A DNA stretch of 60,831 nucleotides, filler included, from Hausera hauseri (GCA_046269625.1; 10 parts of 10 records of this genome joined end to end with filler, not necessarily neighbours in it), one strand, 5' to 3'. Counted from the first letter of the whole stretch, positions 23,230 to 35,915 are shown. The notes: a model not told the origin generated them from the letters alone. Numbers and translations are program-made.

Positions 23230-26200
23230 CTACATAAATCATGAAAGGACTGCCAAAAACATTAACTCCATCAAATGTAATACACAAATTCAGCTTTGGA
23301 GTAGAATGCGGAATTAAGGAATAAATTCTTCTATTTTTTGAATCATTTAATATTTCCACCGGAACAGTTAAACCAGACTTATCATAACACTGGGTAACTA
23401 GTAAATTTGTGTGACCATAGCTGTGTGTTACATCAACTGTAAACATGTACGTATGACCAACTTTTAAAATTTCTTTGCTCAATGCAGGACCAAAAACTTT
23501 GATCTTATTGGATTTATGGTCTGTGGTACGACTTACAACGTCAATCATAAATGGGGAATTCAGTATGTCTTCGTTTTCAAACAGAATATGTATGGCATAT
23601 TCACCAACAGTTTGTGGACAGTATGACACTGTAGCGGAACCGTCACCATTGTCTTTGCATTCTATTTGTGAAAGAGAAATGAAAATAGATCTTCGAGCAA
23701 AAGTAATAAACATCTGTCGATCTGGTTGTTCATTATTTAAATTGATAATACGACACTTGATGTTTCCAAATCGGGGTAGACTTTTGAATTTTAGTAAAAA
23801 TTGTCGCCGACATTTTATTTCATTCATATAATCATCTGTATCATTCGCATGAGCATTAATCATTGTAACCAATTTAGGTCTTTTTGACGTAGATACCTTT
23901 GAATTTAAAATTGCAGTCGGAAGGGCCATCTTAAGTGCTTCTTTGGTTAATTTCCCTTCATAACCCTGTCCTCTAAGACAATAACATGCCAATGTCGTAA
24001 TTTTATCCATGTCGTCCATTGAGGAATTAATATCATCATCAAGCAGCCATTCTCCAAAAATCATCTCCTCCGAAAGCTGGTAGAATAATAAATTAATGAA
24101 TTCATCATTCCTTTTATCTACGTTCAACGGACATATCCAAGTAATACGTTTAAAATAAAAGTTATAACGTGATTGTTTTTGCTTCTGCAATAAATTAACA
24201 TGCTCATGAATGTAGTCTTGAGATTTAAGATAGCCGGAAAATATTGATTTGATTTGCTGTTTGCCATTCGGAACAGCCAAAAGTCCGTATTCCAAAATTT
24301 CTTTTTCATCAATTATTCCAGCTACTTTGCAGATCATGGCAATAACGTCACCAACTGTTGAGGTAAATGTTGTCTCAACTGACTTTGATCCTTTTGATAG
24401 CAAAATATTCAATTGTTTTACATAAGCTTCATTCAATAATTGTTGAATTTCCTCTTTTTTCGGGAATTCCTTCCGTAGGCCAAATTTTAAAAATAGTTTA
24501 AAATTTTTGATCACGATGTTTGCCAAATCTTGTTCAGGATTCAAAGGATTTTTTGCTACTTGTTTTAGGTGATATTCAAAATATGGCTGCATTCGTTTGC
24601 TAATTCCAACAAAAACAACAATAATCGATAAAAAGTTCCACAACATTTGACGAATCATATTATTAGGATTACCATTAATTTGTTTAAATACTTGCAAAAT
24701 GCCTTCATCTGAAAGCTCCCGATTTTGTAACAATTTTTTTAGTACATTGATCGCGTAATCAGCTGCTTTGCCACTACCACTGGGTTCGGCTTGGCTGCAC
24801 ATCATTAAAATTTCTTTGTGTTTAAAATACAACTGAACAAAATCAATAAGATTTTTATCCACAATTTTGTTTTCTGGTTCTTTGAGTGTCTTTCTGTCTT
24901 TCTCCAGTACAGTTTTAACTGGTATTCGTTCCTTATTTGCTCCATAAATGGAAACATTCAAATCACCACTGATAAGATTACTCTTTTTTAAGAGATCATT
25001 TTTACGACGCTTTCTATCCGGAATCAGTGGAATGCTTCCATCAATTTTATCTAGGTTCAGGATACCTCCAATAGTATCATTTTCTTTTTGCCCTTGAAAT
25101 TCTTGAATAAGCGAATAAATAGAATAGGCGTATTGTGTAATTATTTTGTATTTTGTTGATTTCGATTTAATTATGAGTTTTGTCTGATTACTATAAACGT
25201 CTGGATTTTCACAGTTCATTGAAATTATTGAATCAAATGGTATATGAGATACAATACTAATACGCGATTTTGGATTTGTAAAATTTTGTTCAACAAGCCG
25301 TACTCCGGTATGCGATACGGCGAGCCAAAAGCATCCATTGTATTCAGTTTTTGACGAATGCAACTTAATAGCATAAAATCTTGAAAAATACAATTCACAT
25401 TTTTGAGCTTCATCAATCACTTTAAGCATTAAGGATTTCGGAGCATTCAATGGTACTTTAGGATCTCTTACATTGCCGTATTCACCCAACAATGCGATTA
25501 ATCTTTTCTTTTCGTTTCCCATCCAACGGTTACACGGAAACTCCAAGAGATCTCGAACAATCTGACAAAAAATAACCGAGTTCAGTAAAGCGTTATCGTG
25601 AACTTCGCCAGGAAGAAAAATTTCTCTTTTAAGCATTGGAAACCACGATGAATTTGTATATGAAATATATCTTAAATCCGGTAGTCCCGATAAAATTATT
25701 GCCTTTTTGTCGGACACGAAACGCTTTTTCTTTGGAGGCTGTTCTAGAGATGTTTCTATAGATTTAGAACCCAATGATATAGAAGCATCTAATTCGTCAA
25801 GAAAAGGTTGATAGGATTGTAAAGATAAAACATTTTCATTTTTCACATTTTTAGAGTCTTTTCTAGCACGTTGCACGATCTTCGGCTTAGTTAAAATGGA
25901 ATGTTTTGCAAGTTTTCTCGGTGAATATATATTTAATGTATCAATGGAATCATTTTCATCATGTTCTATTCGTGCGGTTTCGTTCTTTGTATAAGACAGG
26001 CGTGGTCGTGGAATAATAGATTCTTGTCGTTTAAGCGAAATTGATGGCATTCGATCAAATTTGTAGGGTTTTGATTGAACATGATCGATTGGTGGCGACG
26101 GAGTTTTCTTTACAGGTTCTGGAGCCATTGGTAAACCTTTCTTTTTCTTAAAAAAATATTCAAGAAATAATGCCCGATTTGCAACGTCTACTTTTGGCAC

Positions 26201-26260
26201 TTCGCTAGGTCGAAGATTTCTTTTCTTCATTTTTAAAAGTTGGTAGTATTTTTGAATCAT
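23168..26260 (-). CDS. Myosin-XV-like tail (FERM-like/MyTH4/FERM) fused to ~1.5 filamin Ig repeats
   Basis: KREIFLPGE...FCQIVRD, LAVSHTGVRL, MyTH4 ELSDEGILQVFKQINGNPN, FERM FKRITW...LLFYQ...LPRFG, then filamin CKDNGDGSATVSYCP..GEYAIHI...SPF. Confidence 0.8.
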   Translation of the reverse strand: MIQKYYQLLKMKKRNLRPSEVPKVDVANRALFLEYFFKKKKGLPMAPEPVKKTPSPPIDHVQSKPYKFDRMPSISLKRQESIIPRPRLSYTKNETARIEHDENDSIDTLNIYSPRKLAKHSILTKPKIVQRARKDSKNVKNENVLSLQSYQPFLDELDASISLGSKSIETSLEQPPKKKRFVSDKKAIILSGLPDLRYISYTNSSWFPMLKREIFLPGEVHDNALLNSVIFCQIVRDLLEFPCNRWMGNEKKRLIALLGEYGNVRDPKVPLNAPKSLMLKVIDEAQKCELYFSRFYAIKLHSSKTEYNGCFWLAVSHTGVRLVEQNFTNPKSRISIVSHIPFDSIISMNCENPDVYSNQTKLIIKSKSTKYKIITQYAYSIYSLIQEFQGQKENDTIGGILNLDKIDGSIPLIPDRKRRKNDLLKKSNLISGDLNVSIYGANKERIPVKTVLEKDRKTLKEPENKIVDKNLIDFVQLYFKHKEILMMCSQAEPSGSGKAADYAINVLKKLLQNRELSDEGILQVFKQINGNPNNMIRQMLWNFLSIIVVFVGISKRMQPYFEYHLKQVAKNPLNPEQDLANIVIKNFKLFLKFGLRKEFPKKEEIQQLLNEAYVKQLNILLSKGSKSVETTFTSTVGDVIAMICKVAGIIDEKEILEYGLLAVPNGKQQIKSIFSGYLKSQDYIHEHVNLLQKQKQSRYNFYFKRITWICPLNVDKRNDEFINLLFYQLSEEMIFGEWLLDDDINSSMDDMDKITTLACYCLRGQGYEGKLTKEALKMALPTAILNSKVSTSKRPKLVTMINAHANDTDDYMNEIKCRRQFLLKFKSLPRFGNIKCRIINLNNEQPDRQMFITFARRSIFISLSQIECKDNGDGSATVSYCPQTVGEYAIHILFENEDILNSPFMIDVVSRTTDHKSNKIKVFGPALSKEILKVGHTYMFTVDVTHSYGHTNLLVTQCYDKSGLTVPVEILNDSKNRRIYSLIPHSTPKLNLCITFDGVNVFGSPFMIYVDDNASTTKFYSDENSVHSKK

Positions 26261-27573
26261 CTACGATAATTGAAGAAGGAACAGTGTTTTCAGAGTATTT
26301 TACTATAGATTTTTTTCTCAGTCGTGGATGATTCTTTTAACTTCCAGATTTTAAATCAATTTCGGTAGCATCATTAGAGGCGTACTGGAAAACGTCGTCT
26401 TCATTCTTGTTAAAATTGGGGGAGCTGGAGGCGGTCCTGGTGGTTCCGGTGGAACTGCAAAACTACTCTTAGATGGTAATTGGGATTCTCGAGTTGGTTC
26501 CACAGGTTCCAAAATTGTAACTGAATGGCGTCTCTTCTCACTGCGTGAATTATCTGTTTTATTCAAATTTGGTCGCGGAAGCTCATGATGAACAGATGTT
26601 TGGCTTTCATTATCCACTAGCAATTGAGTCTGAGAACCACTTGAAGTTTTGGATAAGTTTTCAATTCGCCTGTCGAATCTGGGGAACTTATTTTCTAAGT
26701 GTTGTTGAAGATTAACCGTCGTAACGAGGCCATAATTTTGAACTGGTTAAATCAATTGCGGTTAAAACTGGTAACCAAATGGCATCGAAGTATTTAATGA
26801 ACTGGGATTAAATATGGATTGCTGATGACGAACTTGTTCAAGACGACTTTGCAAAAATTCCTTTTCAATTGAAGAATGAATGATTTTATTTTCCAACTGA
26901 ACTACATTTAACTGGTCTTCTAAAGATTTTGTGGAGGACGTTGGAAGATAGTACATTGGTTGAGACAAATAATTAGTCGCGGGTATAACTGCATTTTGAT
27001 TCAAGGAGTTTACAAAATTTCCATAAGCCGGTTGAGCAATCAATGGGTTCCCGTTAACAATCGGTACTTGGTGCAATGGAGTTACTATATTATTCAATAA
27101 ATCTTCTTCAATGCCATGAATACAATTTTGAGGAGCAAATGATGATGATTCTTCATTTGAGAACGAAACTTCAAAGTTGTTTTTTAACCAGGTATCCATC
27201 GATATTCTGCTTGAATATGATGATATATCAATGTTGGGATAGTTACTGTGCTTTTTTGACTTTGATAATGGAAAGTACTGAGATAGTGCATTTTGATGCT
27301 CTTGCTTGTATAATATTCTATTCTTCAATATAGAAAACAATTCGTTCATATCACAGCCTGAAACTTCTTCCCAACAGCTTGGTAATTCTTTAGCGGAGAT
27401 CGCATCAAAAATATAGCCGTGACCTCCACAGTCGATAACCATATCGGAAGATATTATAGAAATTGACCAACCCTTTTTCATTTTATATCTTGATAGCATG
27501 AAACAAATAGAATGACTAGCGACTGCTTCTGCGGTTGAATATTAATTAACATGAATGGTTGGTATAAAGCCTG
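26261..27573 (-). pseudogene. Disrupted upstream part of the myosin-XV-like tail
   Basis: GWSISI...GYIFDAIS..ELP motif and a proline-rich stretch. ORFs 26762..27499 and 26351..26623 are in one frame separated by two TAA codons; a frame change is needed near 26350-26200. Confidence 0.55.
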
Positions 27574-28579
27574 NNNNNNNNNNCGGTTGTTGTTAACTGA
27601 TAATAGTTAATTGACAAATAATTATAAGCATAATGCCATCGGTTTATATAAAAGCTCAACCGGAAAACGCATTCAAAGTGGTTTGTAAAATGTATAAAAC
27701 AAGTATAGAAGACTTTTCATGTTGTGCAGGTCTAGAAATAATTTTTGTACACTCGCCAAGACCATTCAGAGAGACGCCGACAGATCGTGCAAATGGTACG
27801 GATTTCCAGACGAAACAACNNNNNNNNNNNNNNNNNNNNNNNNNNNNNNNNNNNNNNNNNNNNTTAATTAATTAANNNNNNNNNNNNNNNNNNNNNNNNN
27901 NNNNNNNNNNNNNNNNNNNTTACTGATTGTCTATTTTCCCACTGCATGTTTCATTTTTGAGCCGTTTAATTTTAGCTTCTAAATTTGTTTTGTAATTCTA
28001 AGTACATAAATAATTTCGGATAACAGATTTAAAATCATACCATTTGTCGTACTATTCCTTGAAACAACGCTATGCGATTTTCAAAGCCCATATTTATTCC
28101 CAAACACCAAAATTAAAATAAAAATTTTCTGACACAAACCGACCAATCAGATTGCACCAAGGGTGGGTGGGAATAGTGAAACCCAATCTGCACCAGAAAA
28201 TGCTTTGTTTAAAATTTAAACAATTTTTTTACGCGCCAAATTCAAATTTATACACGTATCTAAAAACCATACAGTACGCGTACTTGTGTATATCCACTTT
28301 GTGACTGTGTGTCTCCTATCTCCGCCCTATTAACCGTGTATGTGTGTATCGTTTTATCTACCCAATGACGCATCTGAGAACCACTTTTTTCCTTCCTTCC
28401 ATGGGGGGGAGGGCAATGTCCTCACTTCCTCCTACTTCCCGGTTTAACAGCACAGCAACCAATCCATTGGCAATGTTCATTGACTGCTGAAACTGCACAT
28501 TACTCATGTATGTGACCAACCGCTTTTCGCTATTGCATAGGCGTACATTGAGCCGCTTTTTTAGATTCTGCACTGTTTT

Positions 28580-31290
28580 CTTTACAGGGAATTGTTTTCA
28601 GCTTGTAGTAGTCCTTTTCGAACTTTGTCCAAGCTGCGGCTCGTTTCTCCGAATTTCCATCTATGTACGCCTTGAATATGGGAGCCTGACCAAATCGTAT
28701 TGCACGATGCAGCTGTGTGAGGCGTACACCCAACTGTAGCCGAAGCCAATTGACCACGTAATTGAGCTTCGGTTCATGCGTCATGAGCAGTTTCTTCACT
28801 TTTGAGCATGGCGGATATTGGTTAAATGGTGCGACCGGTAAATCGTCTAAAACGTCATGCAGCTCATCTGGTACCACGAGATCAACCTTTATCAGGTATC
28901 CAAATGAGTTTGCCATGTATGCTGTGGTAGGTTGATTATTATGTCGTCCAGGTCTTGTCTGTCGACTACCCATTTGAATGAACTGTACGGTAGGGGTTGC
29001 AAAAGCGCCCAGCCATACAGGTTATTAATATAAATATACAGCAGTGATGTGGTATCGGCGGTAGCACTGACCTGATGCTTGTTGACAAATATTATGCCTC
29101 CGCGAATAACAACATCAAACAGCCGGCACATTTCCGGGTCTTGCAACAGCTCAATGCTTCGATCCAGTGACATTAGAGATGACACTGGTATAGAATAAAA
29201 GTTGAGTGGCTCCAGCCTATCTTCAGTCAACGCTTTTGCTCGAAACGCCTGGAACACATCGGCTAACAGGTACACATCCTGTTTAAGATACTGAAGCATG
29301 TACTCCAAGAGGTTTCTACAGCCCATCTCTGCCTAAAACAATCGTGCTTTGTGATAATCTTCTTCTGTGATACCGAGTCATTGCGGTGGTAATTTGTCTG
29401 TCGTCTGAAGCCGCTCGTACGATATTACAAAGTCATACGGGAATATGCCTTTGCATCGTACAATATGCGTGGGGAACTGAGTCAAAGTTAGCGGCACATC
29501 CGGCAAGGCATTCACCAGCTTTGCCAGAGATTTATTGAGAAATTGTAATGAATCAAGGAAGCGTACCTGGAACCAGTTTATACGAGCAGACAGTGACAGG
29601 TATTTCAAAACCGTAGTCGGAATGATGAATAGTTTTCAGTGCGGATATCCGTTTATGGCCCATTTCAAAATATGGTGACAGTCATAAACTCGGAAATTAT
29701 GAAAGACCACCTGTTGGGATGGCCGTATGCTCCTTGCCAGATTGCATGAATTACATGCAGCGCCTAAGTATTGACCGGTCAAATGATCGTGATCCGATAC
29801 GAGCCGTTCTTGTGCATCAAACGGCAATATTTTGTGGTAGAGGTAGCATTCATCAATGGCGGCAAACATCAATGGTTCGTATTCGTCTGTCGATATCAGT
29901 GGCTTAGTGGAATTATTGAGATACCACGGCGCAATTTCCGTTTCTACTATTATTTCCAACAGATGTCGGAAATCACGTACACAGTTCCAACCGTGAAACG
30001 CATAATACTGTGGTTGACCAGTGGCTTTTATCGGAACAACCAGTACACCGACGGCGATTGGTATGTGTTTTTGGTCGTAGATGCTGTGCCGCGGTAGAAT
30101 TGCCTCGATGTCGGCATATGCTACATATGCCGGACTGTCCGTTTTTTACCAGTCAGTGCATCTTAGCTCCTTTCTGACGGGCCTGAGATACATTGTTGTT
30201 CCTGAGGCATTCTGTCTGCAGAGCACCACATGCTATTCACATTTTGCTTCTGATCTGAATCCATACAAACATAGCAGACACCCTTTAAATCTTATTTGTT
30301 TCTGGATGAACAGGTCATGCGCCATATTCAGCAGTATGTCAAGATTTGTCACTGCTACGTAATGAAATCGATCGTTCTGTTCCAACAGCAACAAATTCAC
30401 TGGGCGTCCATTCGGGTTTCGACTGCGATGGATGATGTTCTGATGGTTTTTTTTTAAATGTCTTCATCTGCCGGTATTTCCAGTATTGTGTTGTACCGGA
30501 AAACGTTGAATGACAGCGTCGGATTACGCCGTTCAAATGCCGGATGGATTTCAATTTCATTGGCATCCTTCTTTCATCATAGTACAATTCGGAGAAATAC
30601 TGCCGATACAGATTTGGACGACTGGCATTGTATCTGGCCACTTCATCATATTTCAATATGGCGAAAATACTGTAAAGAATGCAGTATTTATCGTTCGTAT
30701 TTTGCACATTTACTACCGTACAAGACTGTTGTAAAGCTGTAGGTGTCGGTATGAATGATCGGCCGGATAAATAAATGACATCACTAGACTTTGTTATAAT
30801 AAAGCCTAGTGTGACAATTTTCATATTTCGCCATCCACTACCCTTTTCCGTTTAGTTGGCGATTTTCTCATCAAGCTTTTCGCCAATGTCCCGAATAAAA
30901 TCTTCTGAATAAGGTACAGCTTGATGTGACAGGTACCATCGTTTCCTGTTGCCCTATACATTTTCGAATTCTGCAAGTGCGTAATATTTCACTTTGCAGT
31001 ATTTGAATTTCCGCACTTCAGCTTGCAATCGGTTTCGCACACTAGACGGGACATGACTCATTTGCGTTGTTGTGTTCGCGGACATGTCCACCTTCATGTC
31101 CACGTACGATTTGTTTAGATAGTAATTCACGGTAATGGGAAAATTGACTTCCTGTTCCTGCTGTTCCTGTTGCTTCTTTTCATCCTTATCTGTACTGCTT
31201 CGAATTAATTCGCCAAGGCTTGTGCAGGCCTGGAGTCTTCTGCTGCTTGTTGATAGGATGTTGTTGTTGTTGCTTTTTATTGCGTCTATG
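28580..31290 (-). pseudogene. Polinton protein-primed DNA polymerase B, degenerate and 3'-truncated
   Basis: GRSFIPTP...VVNVQN, DHDHLTGQYLGAACNSCNL, FHNFRVYDCH, FLDSLQFL, KGIFPYDF, YLKQDVYLLADVF, IRGG, NNLYGWA..QPLPY, FEKDYYKL. Confidence 0.93.
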
Positions 31291-31872
31291 AGTATCTGTA
31301 TTTTTGATCGCTTAAACTGGTACAATTGGTCCTTGTGCTGAATATACAATTGTTCATAGTTGATTTGATAATCAACTATAGAGCAGCCGGAACAAACACA
31401 AGCCCGTTTACTGTGTACCGTTGTGGTAGTACCATAGTATTGCTCCATTGCAGTATGGCAACCAGCAACGTTGTGCACTCTACTAGTACAGTAACGTTGG
31501 TATGTGGGGCAGTGCGCAAGCATCATCTTCTTGGACCACGTAAACGGCCCGAGATGATGCCTTGTGCATCTCGTAAAATTCAGCATAAGGGCACTGAGTT
31601 TGAACGTTGCACGTTAGACACAAATATGTCGTCCGTGCCAACGCCGTAATACTTCTCCATCTGCTGATAACACTGGTATTCATCTTCGTACATGAGTGAT
31701 ACTCAATAAAGGAGGTATTGCACACATTTCTAAATAAAATAAATTAACATTTGTTATAGATTAACTTCATAAATAAAACAAATTAAAATAAGTGTAAAAT
31801 GCATTATATATTAATACTTCAAATTAAACTAAATTGCTACTTCTACGTCGATGGTGATGGTGGTGGTGGTCT

Positions 31873-32178
31873 ATGAGTGAATATAAATATTGGTCACCAC
31901 AAGTAAAACAGATGGAAGCGTATATAGAAAGTGAAATTCGGAGATTGACCGACGGCATTTTGACCGTACATGTGTTTGACGTACAGTATCTATGTGAGCT
32001 GTCGGAAAAGGGAATAATGAGCAGGATAGAGTACATTGAATTATTAGTCCGGTCTCTTTTCGCGAAACGCATAGAAGACAAAATGAAACAAAAGCAACGA
32101 CGGATTAAACTTTTCATCGGACTCATATTCTCCGTTTCATTTTGTATTGTAATGAAAAAGTTGATTGGCCGTATTTAA
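31873..32178 (+). CDS. Small Polinton-associated ORF with a C-terminal hydrophobic anchor
   Basis: ATG-initiated, 101 aa, ending LFIGLIFSVSFCIVM; divergent from pPolB. Confidence 0.45.
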   Translation: MSEYKYWSPQVKQMEAYIESEIRRLTDGILTVHVFDVQYLCELSEKGIMSRIEYIELLVRSLFAKRIEDKMKQKQRRIKLFIGLIFSVSFCIVMKKLIGRI

Positions 32179-32309
32179 CCACACATTTGTATTATATTTG
32201 AATATACTTTTTTATGTATTTGTTTTATGCATTAATGTAATGTATTGCACGTTTTCGCTACATTGCAGTAGTATAAATACGTTTGTTGCGTTATCCAGGA
32301 GATTACAAC

Positions 32310-32796
32310 ATGTCTTACTTGACTCAACTCATTGCTCAGGAGTCACCTTTACAATCTCGATAGACCTTTAGATAATGATGTTTGGTACTCGTCGCCTGAA
32401 AATATACTCTTGCGTGCAGAGGCAAATTGGAGGGCACGTGACCCCTATGTACGCCATATGAACCATATTAATGGTGATATGAATGCATTATTCGGCACAA
32501 TTTTCCATATGTATCAGAAATTGGCGGATGGCTATGGGTTGTGCGATAATAAGCGTTAAATACGCTTTCTAGATGATTTCATACAACGTGATGAACTTTT
32601 TCCAATGTGGCAGTCAGCGAAGGAGATTTTCTTGAAGCAGCATTGCAACGTGATTACTTCCCATGGTCTTGATCATTCGCCTATCGAATTGGCTAATGCA
32701 TGTTTTCTATGTAATCCGATTATATTTGAACTACTGAGTTGCAGTGTTGGTGATTTTATATTACAAGAAGAAGACGACGACGAAGAAGAAATATAA
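32310..32796 (+). pseudogene. Small Polinton-associated ORF with an acidic tail, disrupted
   Basis: ORFs 32332..32559 and 32605..32796 are in one frame across a single TAA; CxxC and EEDDDEEE at the end. Confidence 0.4.
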
Positions 32797-32849
32797 TAAA
32801 CGTTTAATGCAGACGTTGTTTTTTACTACTAAACAAGACTGTTAAAATG

Positions 32850-33095
32850 AGGTAGGTGGGGAAATAGTGATGTCCGAAAACTACGTCAGGAAAAAATTAT
32901 TGTTATAGTCAGATAGGTGAGGAAATGCGGTTGACCGGAACTGGGTCACATGAAAATATTTCAAATGTAGTCAGATAGATGGCTAAATTTAGTTGTTCGG
33001 AACTGGGTCACAGGAAAAATTTTCCTACCCAACTCACCTTTCTGAGTCCAAATATACAGGTGTCCGAAACTAGGTCAGTTTAAAAATTTTTCCGA
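32850..33095. repeat. Degenerate ~62-bp tandem repeat, ~4 units
   Basis: Units of the form AGTCAGATAGGTG.GGAAAT...GTCCGAAAACTAGGTCA. The reverse complement occurs at 54816-54950. Confidence 0.75.
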
Positions 33096-33331
33096 CTCAA
33101 CCCATTGCACCAATAATGAAATAAAAGAAAATCATAAAATGAGACAAAACAAAACATAAATAGATGAAATAAATTAAATTTGAAGTAAAATTAATAAATT
33201 AAATAAAATGATAAATAAAAGACCAAAAATTNNNNNNNNNNNNNNNNNNNNNNNNNNNNNNNNNNNNNNNNNNNNTTAATTAATTAANNNNNNNNNNNNN
33301 NNNNNNNNNNNNNNNNNNNNNNNNNNNNNNN

Positions 33332-34380
33332 TTCGCAGGACACATGCCTGGAAGAAAACGTTAGAAAGAATATTGAATAAATATTTTTGGCCCAGCATTT
33401 ATATTGATGTAAAGAATTTGGTGAATGCTTGTGAAGTATGGGCGATTAAACAAAGGAAAACAAATAATTACATGCCCGAATTAAAACCAATAAGTGTGCC
33501 CTATAGGCCTATGCAAGTCATGTCAATGGATATAGTAGGACCGCTACATACAACTCATAAGAGTGATAAATATATTTTAACTTGTATTGACCGACTAACT
33601 GATTTTGTTGAGTTGATAGCGTTAATTGATATAAAGGCAGAAACCTTGGCAGAAGCTGTAGTAAGAAGAATCATTGGTCAATATGGACCTCCAGACCAAA
33701 TATTAACCGATCGAGGAAAAAATTTTACCAGTGAACTATTCGAGAAGATTAGCAAAATATTTTAAATCGAATGGTTAACTACAACCGCGTATCATCCTCA
33801 ATGTAATGGAATGGTTGAACAAATGAATGCAACTGTAATTCGCATACTATCAACAGTAGTAGCTAAGGACCAAAAAAATTGGGACGAATTTTTAGAATGG
33901 ACTGAATTTGCAATTAATACCACCCCTCATCCGGCGACAGAATTTACCACATTTTTCATAATGTATGAACGTGAGGCTGTGTTACCACAGACTTAGGAAT
34001 GACATCATACACAGTCAGTCCCGAAAATCTAGAACAAAACTTTGCAGAAGTATTACAGACGCGACTAGAAAAATGTTGGGAAATCGCCAAGGAATTACCC
34101 CAAGAATATCAAGAACAGTTTAAAAACAATATGATAAGAAAGCGAAACCACATGAATTAGAACAAGGAACCTGCGTTTATGTACATTATGCAGTAGCCAA
34201 GAAAGGCGCATTATTAAAACTGACTCGTATAGGCAGAGGTACGTACGAAGTTACTGGAGTTACTCCAACTACGGTGTACATAAAAACGAATGGAAAGGAA
34301 GAAGTCGTGTCAGTACAAAGAGTTGTTAAGACGGAGATACGGCCCAATAAACGTTATAATTTACGTAAACGCGAGATAAA
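33332..34380 (+). pseudogene. Gypsy integrase (element A)
   Basis: SMDIVGPL, LTDRGKNFTS, AYHPQCNGMVE, RYNLRKR. Confidence 0.92.
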
Positions 34381-35817
34381 AACTTCTTCAATAATTGCTA
34401 GACCGATATCATACATTCAGATAGTTTTAGCGCTATCATTAATTGCTTCCTACATCCCAAGAACACAAACCCAAGGGTGGGACGATGAAATTACGCTAGG
34501 AGACATATATGGAATTCGGAAGAGCGGACTAAAAGCGAAAAATACCATAGCGGAAAAGAAACCAAAGGCCCAAGAGATCCAGATGTGAGAAGACACTGTT
34601 TTGTTACAATCGATGAAGGTCATTATTTTTCACCAGACTCTCTGTGTTTGGGATTTAAAACTTTGAAACTGCATCAAGATTTTGGAAGATTTCAATTTTT
34701 CGTATACAATATAACAACAAAAGAATCGAAAAACTGTGATTTTGAACCCTAAGATTATACACAATGCTGCGACATAGATTTTGGATACATTTATATTCTT
34801 ACTTATCGACTATACTTACCAGAGTCATCAGACGTCTACATCGAAGTAAATTAACAACTTCAGTTAGTTATTCCCATTTGGATCAAACGATTCAAAGTGA
34901 AACCAGGTGAAATGCTACAATCTACCGACACAAACATAAGGTTATTAGATTAAAATATCAAAGGGATCTCAATAAATAAGGAAAAACAATGCATCCAAGT
35001 AGATGCTCAAATAGGATTAAACTTTAGTCAAGAAATTAGTACTGTTTTCGAAGCAGTAAACAGAAAAATCCCAAGAATAAATTACTGTTCTGTTCATGCC
35101 GGTGTGCCACACCCATTTTGCAAGCTACCAGTAAACCAAGAATTCAAAATAAAATTTGATCTATATTAAGTACGACCGAATAAACCGAACTAACATTTGC
35201 GAACCTATTACCCAGAGAATAGAATATGGAAGAATCCAGTAGAAACAACAACCGAAAAGCCGACTATTTGAGTTAGTGCCACTACAAGACCCGTTACATT
35301 AAGCAGTGTGCTTAAAAAAGAATTAGGAAGTATACCTGTTAAATTTTCGGCGCATCGATCTAAAATTGTGTTCTTTTTAGAAGAAAAACTAAATTACGAT
35401 ATACACATAAGCTGCCGAACAACGTATAATAATCAAATTGTAACATTATTTAAAAACACTTATCAGACAGAATGCAATCTGTTAAAACCACAATCTTATT
35501 ACATAGTACAAGTATATGCAGAGAATAAACAAAACCAAACACTTACATTGCGTACCTTGGACGAAATTCGCGCAGAGTTGCATATATACGAAAATATCGA
35601 CGACGAAGTCACAACACCAGTCACCACACAAGCACCAATAGGATTAACTACTTTACCAATCGTTTCCATTGTCGTACTATCAACGTTTATTCTCATTATA
35701 TTAATTGTCATTTTTCGGTTAGTTGCCAAAAATTATCATTGTAAGCGTCCTAAAAATACAGAATGGGAATTACGGGAATTGGAAACCCCCACTGATCCGT
35801 ATGATGAAATAATCTGA
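34381..35817 (+). pseudogene. Env-like type I membrane protein (signal peptide, ectodomain, FN3-like domain, Thr-rich stalk, TM, YxxI tail)
   Basis: IQIVLALSLIASY is in frame with the integrase end; CNLLKPQSYYIVQVYA; TM IVSIVVLSTFILIILIVIF; tail ends PYDEII. Internal stops and frameshifts. Confidence 0.7.
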
Positions 35818-35915
35818 CAAATACAGAGCGGGTTATTCTATTACCTAACAAAGAATTGGTTTCATTTTAAGACCATCCTTTGTTGTAATATTAACCCTTA
35901 CTGTTTATTTTTTAG

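Noticed and set aside
26740-26770. Stop-codon reassignment (TAA read as Gln) suggested by in-frame TAAs
   Set aside because: PPCDC, the kringle gene and the 1030-aa ORF end at TAA and have no internal stops, and frameshifts occur nearby. Decay is the simpler explanation.
6950-33095. One continuous Polinton across the window
   Set aside because: The pieces lie on separate contigs, and the overlapping penton segments (12280-12372 vs 22500-22590) differ, so they are distinct copies.
32850-33095. CRISPR array
   Set aside because: The context is eukaryotic, the repeats are degenerate, the spacers are similar and AT-rich, and there are no cas genes.
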